Origin: Limisphaerales bacterium
Lineage (GTDB): Bacteria > Verrucomicrobiota > Verrucomicrobiia > Limisphaerales > JBGAJN01
Length of the DNA: 64,000 nucleotides
NCBI GenBank assembly: GCA_044224905.1
Contig: JBGAJN010000001.1
Coordinates: 1,159,027-1,223,026 of the forward strand
Reading direction: 5' to 3'
A program made the position numbers and the translations under genes. Below, in pieces: positions 20,312 to 29,026 of this stretch (position 1 is the first letter of the stretch; each line of letters begins with the position of its first letter). Below the pieces are notes generated by a model that saw only the letters and a program-made list of their open reading frames with translations, did not search any database and had not been told where the DNA came from.

Positions 20312-21295
20312 ATGATCATCGCCCGTTCACCATTGCGCATCAGTCTCGGCGGCGGCGGCACCGACTTGCCGTCGTATTACGAGAAGTTCGGCGGATTCCT
20401 TATTGCGGCGGCGATTGACAAGTACGTCTACATCACGCTGCACGAAACGTTCGTGGCGGACCTGATCGTGAAATACTCGAAGCTCGAACGCGTCGCCAAG
20501 GCCGCCGATCTCGAGCACCCGATCATCCGCGAAGCGTTCGCGATGCTCGGCATGGATGGGCATTCGCTCGAGTTGACGTCGATGGCGGATATTCCCGCGG
20601 GAACAGGGTTGGGATCTTCCGGCAGTTTCACCACCGCGTTGCTGAAGGCGTTGCATGCTTACAAGAAGGACCTCGTGCAACCGGCGAAGCTCGCCGAGGA
20701 AGCGTGCGAGATTGAAATCGGTCGCCTCAAGGAGCCGATCGGCAAGCAGGATCAGTACATCGCCGCGCACGGCGGCATCACGTGCTTCAATTTTCTGCCA
20801 GGTGGGAAAGTGGAGGCGTGGCCGGCGAAGGTTTCCGAGGAGACGCTCTACAATCTCGAGGACAACCTGCTGATGTTTTTCACCGGATACTCACGCTCGG
20901 CGTCGGCGATTCTCAAGGATCAGGACCAAAAGAGCAAAAGCGACGACAAGGCGATGATCGAGAACCTCCACTTTGTGAAGGACGTCGGGCATCGCAGCCA
21001 CGCTGCGTTGGAATCTGGCGACCTGCGGGAGTTTGCACACCTCATGGACTTGCACTGGCAGCGGAAAAAGGAACGCAGCGGCGGCATGAGTAATCAGCAG
21101 ATCAATCAATGGTATGATCTCGCGCGAGCCAACGGCGCGCTCGGCGGCAAACTGATCGGCGCCGGCGGCGGCGGTTTTCTCGCGTTCTACGCTGAAGAGG
21201 ACAAAGCGAAGCTGCGTCACGTCATGCGCCAACAGGGTTTGAAGGAAGTTCGCTTCCGTTTTGATTTTGAAGGCACCAAGGTCGTAATTCAGTGA
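20312..21295 (+). CDS. hddA: GHMP kinase, D-glycero-alpha-D-manno-heptose-7-phosphate kinase type
   Basis: 327 aa with PLRISLGGGGTDLPSYY and the GHMP motif PAGTGLGSSGS. Its neighbours are gmhA, gmhB and a nucleotidyltransferase. Confidence 0.75.
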   Translation: MIIARSPLRISLGGGGTDLPSYYEKFGGFLIAAAIDKYVYITLHETFVADLIVKYSKLERVAKAADLEHPIIREAFAMLGMDGHSLELTSMADIPAGTGLGSSGSFTTALLKALHAYKKDLVQPAKLAEEACEIEIGRLKEPIGKQDQYIAAHGGITCFNFLPGGKVEAWPAKVSEETLYNLEDNLLMFFTGYSRSASAILKDQDQKSKSDDKAMIENLHFVKDVGHRSHAALESGDLREFAHLMDLHWQRKKERSGGMSNQQINQWYDLARANGALGGKLIGAGGGGFLAFYAEEDKAKLRHVMRQQGLKEVRFRFDFEGTKVVIQ

Positions 21296-22008
21296 GCGCG
21301 GCTCCCCTCGATATTCCCGTCGCGATTCTTGCAGGCGGACTGGCCACGCGGCTCAAGCCGTTGACGGAGAAAATTCCGAAGGTGCTTTTGCCGATCGCCG
21401 GCAAGCCTTTCCTTACTCATCAACTCGCACTCTTGCGCAGCCAGGGAATTCAGCGTGTCGTCCTCTGCCTTGGTCATTTGGGCGAAATGGTTGTGAAGGA
21501 ATTCGGCGACGGCGCGGAGCACGGAGTGAAGCTGGAATATTCCTTTGATGGTCCGGTGTTGCTCGGAACGGGCGGGGCCCTCAAACAAGCTTTGCCCAAG
21601 CTGGGCGAGAAGTTCTTCGTGCTCTATGGGGACTCGTATCTGCCGATCGCGATGCGGCCGATCGCCGAGTTTTTCGAGCGCAGCAGCAAGCAGGGCTTGA
21701 TGACGGTTTATCGCAACGAAGGACTCTACGACACGAGCAACGTTGTGTTCGCCGACGGCGAGATCAAGATTTACGACAAGAAGGCGCGGCTGCCGGAGAT
21801 GAAATACATCGACTACGGCCTGAGTCTGTTTCGCGCCAGTGCCTTCGCGGAATGGCCATCAGATAAGCCATTCGATCTCGCGCAAGTCATGGGACTCCTG
21901 GTTTTACAGAAGCAACTCGCCGGCTACGAGGTGCCCGAAAGGTTCTTCGAGATTGGGTCGCACGCGGGGCTGGCGGAGTTGGAGGCCCTGCTCTCGCAAA
22001 AGCGTTAG
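21292..22008 (+). CDS. hddC: Sugar-phosphate nucleotidyltransferase, heptose-1-phosphate guanylyltransferase type
   Basis: 238 aa with a GTG start that overlaps the hddA stop (GTGA). The ILAGGLATRLKPLT motif is present. Confidence 0.7.
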   Translation: MSAAPLDIPVAILAGGLATRLKPLTEKIPKVLLPIAGKPFLTHQLALLRSQGIQRVVLCLGHLGEMVVKEFGDGAEHGVKLEYSFDGPVLLGTGGALKQALPKLGEKFFVLYGDSYLPIAMRPIAEFFERSSKQGLMTVYRNEGLYDTSNVVFADGEIKIYDKKARLPEMKYIDYGLSLFRASAFAEWPSDKPFDLAQVMGLLVLQKQLAGYEVPERFFEIGSHAGLAELEALLSQKR

Positions 22009-22091
22009 CCGGTCCGTTCGGCGAATTGGGAAGGGACAACTTGCGGCTTCTCATGCGGTCGGATTCCGTGTTCTACTCTCCGACAATCTTT

Positions 22092-22688
22092 ATGACCTTC
22101 ACGCAGCAATACCTCGAAGAGACGCAGAAAGTTACCGCCGGTCTGAACGCGGCCCACATCGAAAAGACGGTGGAGGAGCTGGCCAAAGTTCGTGAGCGTG
22201 GTGGTCGGCTTTTCATCCTCGGAGTCGGCGGTAGCGCGGCCAACGCGAGCCACGCGGTGAATGATTTTCGGAAGATCTGCGGCTTCGAAGCTTACGCGCC
22301 CACCGACAATGTTTCCGAACTCACGGCGCGCACGAATGATGAAGGTTGGGCTACGGTCCTCAGCGCGTGGTTGCAGGGAAGTCGTCTGAATGGGAAAGAC
22401 GCGTTGCTGATCTTTTCCGTTGGTGGCGGCAATTTGGAGAAAAACGTCAGCCCAAATCTCGTGAGTGCGATCCAGCTGGCGAAGCAAGTCGGCGCATCCG
22501 TGCTCGGCGTCGTAGGTCGCGACGGCGGCTATACGGCTAAGGAAGCGACCGCGTGTGTGATTGTTCCCACGGTTAATCCCGACCACGTCACGCCGCACTC
22601 GGAAGCGTTCCAGGCGGTCGTGTGGCACCTTTTTGTTTCGCATCCGAAACTCAAGGTCAACCGGACTAAGTGGGAGGGGACAAAGTAA
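22092..22688 (+). CDS. gmhA: SIS-domain sedoheptulose-7-phosphate isomerase
   Basis: 198 aa from the ATG at 22092, with FILGVGGSAANASHAVNDF. Supported by pathway context. Confidence 0.75.
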   Translation: MTFTQQYLEETQKVTAGLNAAHIEKTVEELAKVRERGGRLFILGVGGSAANASHAVNDFRKICGFEAYAPTDNVSELTARTNDEGWATVLSAWLQGSRLNGKDALLIFSVGGGNLEKNVSPNLVSAIQLAKQVGASVLGVVGRDGGYTAKEATACVIVPTVNPDHVTPHSEAFQAVVWHLFVSHPKLKVNRTKWEGTK

Positions 22689-22736
22689 TTTTCGCAACGG
22701 TCGCTTCGAGAAGACTCTGACTTCCGCAAACACACG

Positions 22737-23303
22737 ATGAGTCTCCCCACGTCGACTGCTACCAAACCACGACGCGCCGTTTTTCTCGATCGCGATGGCG
22801 TGATCAATCGCTCCCTCGTCTGCGACGGCAAGCCCTATGCCCCCACTACGGTTGCTGAATTCGAGATTCTCCCGGGCGTTGCCGAAGCGTGCGCGCGACT
22901 AAAGCAAGCCGGCTTCCTCCTTATCGTCACTACCAATCAGCCCGACGTGGGCCGCGGCAAACAACCACAATCGATCGTCGAGGAAATGCATGCGCAGATG
23001 TGCGCTGCGTTGCCGATTGATCGCGTGGAGGTTTGCTATCATCCCGGCGGAACTGTGGAATGTGATTGCCGCAAACCGAAGCCCGGCATGTTACTCACTT
23101 CAGCGAAGGCTCTGAACATCGACCTCGCTCGCAGTTGGATGGTTGGCGATCGCTGGCGCGACATCGACTGCGGCCATGCGGCGGGTTGCCGAACCGTGTT
23201 GATCGAATACGATTACGATGAGGCGTTGAAGCAAATGCCGGACTTCCGAGCGAAGGATCTGGCGGGGGCCGCCCGGATTATTATTGAGCATTCCCACGTC
23301 TGA
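22737..23303 (+). CDS. gmhB: HAD-IIIA D,D-heptose 1,7-bisphosphate phosphatase
   Basis: 188 aa with FLDRDGVIN, TNQPDVGRG and the CxC RKPKPGM motifs. Confidence 0.8.
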   Translation: MSLPTSTATKPRRAVFLDRDGVINRSLVCDGKPYAPTTVAEFEILPGVAEACARLKQAGFLLIVTTNQPDVGRGKQPQSIVEEMHAQMCAALPIDRVEVCYHPGGTVECDCRKPKPGMLLTSAKALNIDLARSWMVGDRWRDIDCGHAAGCRTVLIEYDYDEALKQMPDFRAKDLAGAARIIIEHSHV

Positions 23304-23349
23304 ACTACTCTCGTCGGCGAACTTGTAACGAACCGAACCGCGCACCGCC

Positions 23350-24069
23350 ATGAGCAACCTTTCCAAACTTCGCGTCAGAATTTTCGCCGACGGCGCCGAC
23401 AAGCCCGGTATGTTGAGCCTCTACGCCAACCCATTGATCAAAGGGCTTACGACGAACCCGACGTTGATGAACAAGGCGGGCATCACCAACTTCGAGGCGT
23501 TCGCGAAGGACATTCTCCTCACGATTAAGGACAAACCGATTTCGCTCGAGGTGTTTTCCGACGAGTTTCCCGAAATGAAACGGCAGGCGCTGAAGATTGC
23601 CGGCTGGGGCGCGAATGTTTACGTCAAGATTCCGATCACCAACACGCGCGGAGAATCCGCGCTGCCGCTCATCGAGGAACTTTCACAAGCCGGCGTTAAG
23701 CTCAACGTCACCGCCATTCTCACGCTGGAGCAGGTCGGCGGCGTGGCGCGAGCGCTGAATCCCGATATCGAATCGGTGGTGTCCGTTTTCGCCGGCCGCA
23801 TCGCCGACACCGGCGTCGATCCCATGCCGATTATGCGGGCGTGCCGCGCATTGCTCGTCGGGCAACCGAAGGCCGAGTTGCTGTGGGCGAGCGTTCGCGA
23901 AGTGCTGAATATTTTCCACGCCGAACAATGTGATTGCGACATTGTCACCGTGCCCCACGACATCCTCGGCAAAGCGATCAAGATGTGCGGAATGGATTTG
24001 GGCGCCCTCTCGCTCGATACCGTGAAAATGTTCGCCGCCGACGCCAAAGCCGCGGGTTTCAGCCTCTGA
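23350..24069 (+). CDS. Transaldolase-family protein (short type)
   Basis: 239 aa with FADGAD...GLTTNP and the VKIP lysine region typical of transaldolase/FSA-type TIM barrels. Confidence 0.75.
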   Translation: MSNLSKLRVRIFADGADKPGMLSLYANPLIKGLTTNPTLMNKAGITNFEAFAKDILLTIKDKPISLEVFSDEFPEMKRQALKIAGWGANVYVKIPITNTRGESALPLIEELSQAGVKLNVTAILTLEQVGGVARALNPDIESVVSVFAGRIADTGVDPMPIMRACRALLVGQPKAELLWASVREVLNIFHAEQCDCDIVTVPHDILGKAIKMCGMDLGALSLDTVKMFAADAKAAGFSL

Positions 24070-24076
24070 GTTTTCT

Positions 24077-25183
24077 TTAAGCCGGGCGCTTGCGCCGCGC
24101 CATTTCCTCGAACCAATTGCAGGCCTTGGGCAAAACTTGGTTCCAATGAAACGTCTTCGAACGTTCCCACGCTTGGACGCGGTAGTGTTGGTAGCGCTCG
24201 GGTGATCGGAGAATTGTCCGCAACGATTCAGCGATGGAGGCGGGATTTTCTTCCGCGGCAACCATTCCCGTTTCGTCGTGCAAAGTGGACTCCACTAGCC
24301 CGGCAACGGGATACACGACTGCCGGCGTTCCCATCGCATTCGCCTCGATGACATTGAGCCCCCAACCTTCGCGCTGCGACGTATGCAGGAGAAAATGCGC
24401 CTGTTGCAATAGCGCGTCCTTTTCTCGTTCGGCCAACGGACCGGTGAAGTGCACGCTCTTCTCGAGCTTCAAATTCTTCGTGAGTTCCTTGAGTTTCGCT
24501 TCCTCTTCGCCCGTTCCCACGACGGTCAGTTCGGCGCGGATGCCGAGTTGAATCACGCTGCGCAACGCCTCGATTCCGTGCCCGAGGCGTTTGTTCGGCG
24601 CGAGCCGTGAAACCATGATCAACTGCAACGGTTCAGCGAGCACCTTGGGTTCGAGCGTGGGCAACGCCACGGTGTGCACGCCGTAGGGAATGATCGTCAC
24701 CGATTTCACGCCGTGCTCGATGAGCTTCTCCCGCGTAAACGTCGATGCGGTGAAGAATGGAATATCTCGGTAAAAACGGTGAGTCAGCCGCTCCTGCCAG
24801 CGTCCGACGGAGCTGACGGGCCATGGGTAAAATGAATTCCAAATCGGCCCGAGTACCTCGTGAATGTAAGAAACGTTGTTGGTTTTGCACCACCAGGGCG
24901 CATACCACGGAATGCCGTGATGCTGGTCGATGACGAGATCGAAGCGCGGTTGCTGCTTATACCATTTGCGAGCAGCTTGAATGGCCGTGAACATTCCGCC
25001 TCCACGCAAGATATGGACGCCATCGATTTTCTCGTAAGGCTTGCCGCCAGGGAAAGCGTAGCTGAACTGATAGACTTCGTGCCCGCGTTCCGCCAGCGCA
25101 TTGAGGTAGGCGTGGGTGACGCGCTCCGCCCCGCCGGAAAGCGGGTTTTTCGGATCACGCCAGTTGAGCATCAGGAAACGCAT
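24077..25183 (-). CDS. Family 4 (GT-B) glycosyltransferase
   Basis: 368 aa from the ATG at 25183 (MRFLMLNWRDP...) with the TSQREGWGLNVIEA motif. Confidence 0.8.
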   Translation of the reverse strand: MRFLMLNWRDPKNPLSGGAERVTHAYLNALAERGHEVYQFSYAFPGGKPYEKIDGVHILRGGGMFTAIQAARKWYKQQPRFDLVIDQHHGIPWYAPWWCKTNNVSYIHEVLGPIWNSFYPWPVSSVGRWQERLTHRFYRDIPFFTASTFTREKLIEHGVKSVTIIPYGVHTVALPTLEPKVLAEPLQLIMVSRLAPNKRLGHGIEALRSVIQLGIRAELTVVGTGEEEAKLKELTKNLKLEKSVHFTGPLAEREKDALLQQAHFLLHTSQREGWGLNVIEANAMGTPAVVYPVAGLVESTLHDETGMVAAEENPASIAESLRTILRSPERYQHYRVQAWERSKTFHWNQVLPKACNWFEEMARRKRPA

Positions 25184-25291
25184 TTCAGAGGACGCCGGCT
25201 GCTCGACGCCGCGCGCTTTATGTCGGTAGGGAAATGGAAAGACAACTGCAAAAGTTGACAACGGCCAACCAGCCGACGTGAATAACCGTCA

Positions 25292-26191
25292 ATGTTTCGC
25301 AAGCGCACAGCAATGTTGTTTGGAATTCTGGGCCTGTTGGTCGGCGCCGTTGCGTGTCGTGACCAGCACTCGAGCCAGGCCAAAAATGTCGGAATGCGTA
25401 GCTTTGCAGTCACTGGTGTTGTCGAAGAACTCAAGCCGGGTGGACAAGTGGCGGTGATCCGTCACGAGGCGATTTCGAATTACATGGCCGCGATGACCAT
25501 GCCCTTCCGCGTTAAGAATCCGCAGGAACTCACCGGGGTGCGGGCCGGCGATACCGTGCGCTTTCGTTTGCTGGTGACCGAAGACGAGAGCTGGATCGAA
25601 GCCATCACGAAAACGGGCGCTACCAACACCATTGCAATCCGTCAGTCCGATACGCCCGCTCCCAGCGTGCGTCCGCCGAGTCTCGCCGAAGCGATCGCCG
25701 ACATTACGTTTACCAACGAACTGGGCCATGCCGTGCACTGGAGTCAGTTCAAAGGCGAGGCGGTCGCTTTCACGTTCTTTTTCACGCGTTGTCCGTTGCC
25801 GGAATATTGCCCGCGGCTATCCAAGAATTTTGCGGAGACCAGTCGTCGCCTGAAAGCGATGACGAATGCGCCGGCGAACTGGCGCCTGCTTTCAATCTCG
25901 TTCGACCCGGAGTTTGACAAGCCATCGGTGATGCGTGTTTACGGGAGTTACTACCAGGCAGATTCGAACCACTGGAACTTCCTGGCCACCTCGCCTTCCA
26001 ACACGGCGCGCTTTGCGAGTCTCTTCGGGTTGAACTACCGCTCCGAGAACGGCACGATTAATCACGACTTTCGCACCGTGGTGATTGATGCCATCGGTCG
26101 TATTCAAGCCGCGTGGCCAATGGGCGGCGATGCCTCGGACTTTTTGGTGGCGGAATTGATCAAAGGCGCGGCGGTCACCAATTCACCGTAG
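25292..26191 (+). CDS. Lipoprotein fusing a CusF-like Cu(I)-binding domain to an SCO1/SenC thioredoxin-fold copper chaperone
   Basis: Lipobox VGAVAC. At about 25400-25609, IRHEAISNYMAAMTMPFRV...GDTVRFRL matches the CusF pattern H..W/Y.-MTM-F. This is followed by FFFTRCPLPEYCP (the SCO CxxxC motif). Confidence 0.8.
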   Translation: MFRKRTAMLFGILGLLVGAVACRDQHSSQAKNVGMRSFAVTGVVEELKPGGQVAVIRHEAISNYMAAMTMPFRVKNPQELTGVRAGDTVRFRLLVTEDESWIEAITKTGATNTIAIRQSDTPAPSVRPPSLAEAIADITFTNELGHAVHWSQFKGEAVAFTFFFTRCPLPEYCPRLSKNFAETSRRLKAMTNAPANWRLLSISFDPEFDKPSVMRVYGSYYQADSNHWNFLATSPSNTARFASLFGLNYRSENGTINHDFRTVVIDAIGRIQAAWPMGGDASDFLVAELIKGAAVTNSP

Positions 26192-26217
26192 CAGCCGCTG
26201 TGAACGGGCGGTTGCGA

Positions 26218-27324
26218 CTACAGCACCGTCCGCTGCAATAGCCACCACGCGCCCGCCAATACTACGGCGATCGAACACGCGGGCACCCAGCGCCGGACAA
26301 ACACCGGCTTGGTGCGCAACCACCAGATCAACGGGAGCACCAGCGCGGCGACGGTCATCTGGCCCAGTTCCACGCCGAGGTTGAAGGAAATCAGCGGCGC
26401 CGCGATGGCGGAACCATTGAGGCCGACGAGGCGTTCCTTCAAATCCGTTGCAAACCCCAGTCCGTGCACGAGGCCGAAGATCAGCGTTAACCGCCAGCGA
26501 TTCTTCGGTCCCTCCGGGCGCAACAAGTTTTCCGCACCCACGTAAATGATCGTCGCGGCGATCAACGGTTCCACGACGCGGCCGGAGACGCTGACGACGT
26601 TGAAGGCGGCAAGCGCCAGCGTACACGAGTGCGCGATGGTGAAACACGTCACGATCCACAACGTCGCCTTGAGACGCGACATCACGATCAACAGACCGAA
26701 CAGGAAGAGCAAATGATCGTATCCGGTCAGAATGTGTTCAACGCCCATGACGAAAAATTCCCGAAAGGTCGGCGCCTTGGCGACCGGCTTGTCGTCTTCG
26801 AGTAGTTTGGAAACATCCACATCGATCACGTCCTGCTGCGCACTCAACAGGACTTCGGCGAGCGTCGTGCCTTTGTCATCCAGCAGGCTGACGAACTGCC
26901 GGTGTCCGCGGGGCAACTTTTCAATCAAGGTTGAGTGAACGACCAACGCCTTGGCACCGCGCGCGGGAAAATTGCCCACGAGATGAAAGTTGTTGTTTTC
27001 ATCCATGTGGAAACGCGGCTCGGTGATCGCGACCGCCACGTCGTTGACCCGAACTTTCAAGGCTTCGCGAACCAAGGGTTCCAATTTTGCCTTCGCCAGC
27101 TCCCATTCTTCCGGACTCACTTTCCCGTCGCGGTCGGCGTCGATGGTGGTCAGAGTTTCTATGTCGAGCCGGGCGAATACGAATTCCGCGGCGAGACGTT
27201 CGCTGTCGAGGCGCAATGTTCCCGTGCTGAGGCCGGGATCGTGAGCGCGGCTGTTCCGAGATACAGCTACGAGCAGCACGCTCAGCAAAACCAGCCGGAG
27301 AAGTGATTTAAGATTCTCGTTCAT
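26218..27324 (-). CDS. HupE/UreJ-family membrane protein with an N-terminal periplasmic domain carrying an EF-hand loop
   Basis: 368 aa with a signal peptide. DADRDGKVSPEE lies at 27106-27141. The C-terminal half, HILTGYDHLLFLFGLL plus 5-6 TM helices, is typical of HupE/UreJ. Confidence 0.8.
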   Translation of the reverse strand: MNENLKSLLRLVLLSVLLVAVSRNSRAHDPGLSTGTLRLDSERLAAEFVFARLDIETLTTIDADRDGKVSPEEWELAKAKLEPLVREALKVRVNDVAVAITEPRFHMDENNNFHLVGNFPARGAKALVVHSTLIEKLPRGHRQFVSLLDDKGTTLAEVLLSAQQDVIDVDVSKLLEDDKPVAKAPTFREFFVMGVEHILTGYDHLLFLFGLLIVMSRLKATLWIVTCFTIAHSCTLALAAFNVVSVSGRVVEPLIAATIIYVGAENLLRPEGPKNRWRLTLIFGLVHGLGFATDLKERLVGLNGSAIAAPLISFNLGVELGQMTVAALVLPLIWWLRTKPVFVRRWVPACSIAVVLAGAWWLLQRTVL

Positions 27325-27379
27325 CAGCCAATGCGTGGCGGTTTATCGCCCGGCGACCGGGTGGAGGCAAAGCGAAATC

Positions 27380-27421
27380 AAAAAGCTCCCGCGAGTGTCG
27401 TTCCGACTTTCTCGCGGGAGC
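27380..27421 (-). terminator. Intrinsic terminator downstream of the DUF4331 gene
   Basis: On the minus strand the sequence reads GCTCCCGCGAG, a 15-nt loop, CTCGCGGGAGC, then TTTTTGATTT. That is an 11-bp perfect stem followed by a U-tract. Confidence 0.75.
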
Positions 27422-27457
27422 CGGTTGGCAGAGCCCGATTTGCGGGCCGAGACCAAA

Positions 27458-28966
27458 TTACGGATGGCTGTGGTTGCGTCCGTTGTGCGGCACGCCAGCG
27501 TAGGGGAACACCTTGAGATAGCCTGCATCGTTTTGGCTCACGCCATCGATGCCGTCGGCAACGCGGATGACAAGCGGCCCGCGCAGGTCGCTGATGAGCG
27601 CGCTTACCGCAATATCCACGACGTCGTCGCCGAAGCGGCGACCGTTGGGCCAACCACCTGGAATGAAGCCGCCGTTTCCGAACGGATCCTGAATGGTGCT
27701 TTTCAACACGTCACCGCCGAAGACGCCCAAACGAGAGAAGCCCGCGTCGTCGGGATTAACGGGATGTCCGGGGCCGCTGCCAGCCACGCGCACCGGACCG
27801 GTGGACAGATCCACCTTGATCAGGTCGGGAATGAAGATTCCTGCGATGTCGGTGCGGTTGGTTTCGATGGCGGGACCGCTGCCACCGAAGACCAGCGCGT
27901 TGATCAACTTTGCCAACTCGGGTTTCTCGGCGTATTTGCGGAAAAGGGCCTTGTCGCTGGTCGGGCTGGAGCGGTTGTATCGATCCTTGTCCTCGACGGC
28001 CACCAATCCTTCACAGAACAACGGGTTGCCCTGCCGTCCAACTTGGACCCAGTAGCCGCCGTTGAGGTCGCGATCATCGGCGAGAACCCGGACACCCCGA
28101 CGACTGGTCGTGGCATACACGCCGACGTTTTGTTGATCACCGCCGAGATCGCTGACGGGAATCACCAGGCTGAGCAGGTGAATGTTGAAGCCCGCCTGCG
28201 AATCTTTGCCGGGGCTGCGGAGTTTCAGCAAATCGAAGATCGATTGAATGTCTCCGTAAAAGCCGTCTTCGCGCTGACCGGCGAAGGCGCGGTAGCCATT
28301 CGAATAAACAAATGTACCCTGCTGTGTGTAGCGATCGAACTCGGCGAAAGTCGAGCGCGCTTCCTTGGCGGGATTCTCGCCGTTATCGCCCTGGTTGTAG
28401 AACGGCGTGGCGTTGCCCTGATTGTTCGGCGGCACGATGCCAGTGCCAATGATGGTGCGGCGGTCCGATTTTTCACCCCACCTGTCGCGATCATTGTCGT
28501 CGTCCCGGTCGCGAGTATTGCGGCGGCGATGATCGACTTTGGAGATGGTATAAGTCTGGGTGAGATTCTGCGCCGCATCACCAATGTCGTTCACGACGCC
28601 GAGGTACGATTGAAGAATCGTCGCCTTCGACTTGTAGGCGGTCTTGAACTGGAACTGGTAGCTGAACGTCGGCCGGCCCGCAGTCAAGTCCGCGCCAGTG
28701 GCGACGTGGATTTCATACAGCACGTTGTCGTCGAAGTTGTACTTGTTCGGCCCTACCCCGGGTTCTTCGTGCGGATACACGCCCAGCGCGGTGACGAGCA
28801 CCTTTTGACCGGCCGCCATTCGTACGAACGCGTAGACGTCCGTGGTGTTGGCCGCCGGATCGAGGGTGATGAGCGGCGCGTCCATGTGGCTGGAAGCCCA
28901 GGCACTGCCGGGCAACACTGCCGCGAGGGCGAGGGCTGTAGTGAGGTTCTTGAGCTGCTTTTTCAT
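27458..28966 (-). CDS. DUF4331 domain-containing secreted protein
   Basis: 502 aa. A signal peptide is followed by SSHMDAPLITLDPAANTTDVYAF, the N-terminal signature of DUF4331. It contains an Asp/Arg-rich insert (RRRNTRDRDDDNDRDR). Confidence 0.8.
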   Translation of the reverse strand: MKKQLKNLTTALALAAVLPGSAWASSHMDAPLITLDPAANTTDVYAFVRMAAGQKVLVTALGVYPHEEPGVGPNKYNFDDNVLYEIHVATGADLTAGRPTFSYQFQFKTAYKSKATILQSYLGVVNDIGDAAQNLTQTYTISKVDHRRRNTRDRDDDNDRDRWGEKSDRRTIIGTGIVPPNNQGNATPFYNQGDNGENPAKEARSTFAEFDRYTQQGTFVYSNGYRAFAGQREDGFYGDIQSIFDLLKLRSPGKDSQAGFNIHLLSLVIPVSDLGGDQQNVGVYATTSRRGVRVLADDRDLNGGYWVQVGRQGNPLFCEGLVAVEDKDRYNRSSPTSDKALFRKYAEKPELAKLINALVFGGSGPAIETNRTDIAGIFIPDLIKVDLSTGPVRVAGSGPGHPVNPDDAGFSRLGVFGGDVLKSTIQDPFGNGGFIPGGWPNGRRFGDDVVDIAVSALISDLRGPLVIRVADGIDGVSQNDAGYLKVFPYAGVPHNGRNHSHP

Positions 28967-29026
28967 ATCGGTGGTGTTTTGTTTTGTCGTCGAGGAAATC
29001 CACCGCGGAACGGCCGCGGTGAAAGA

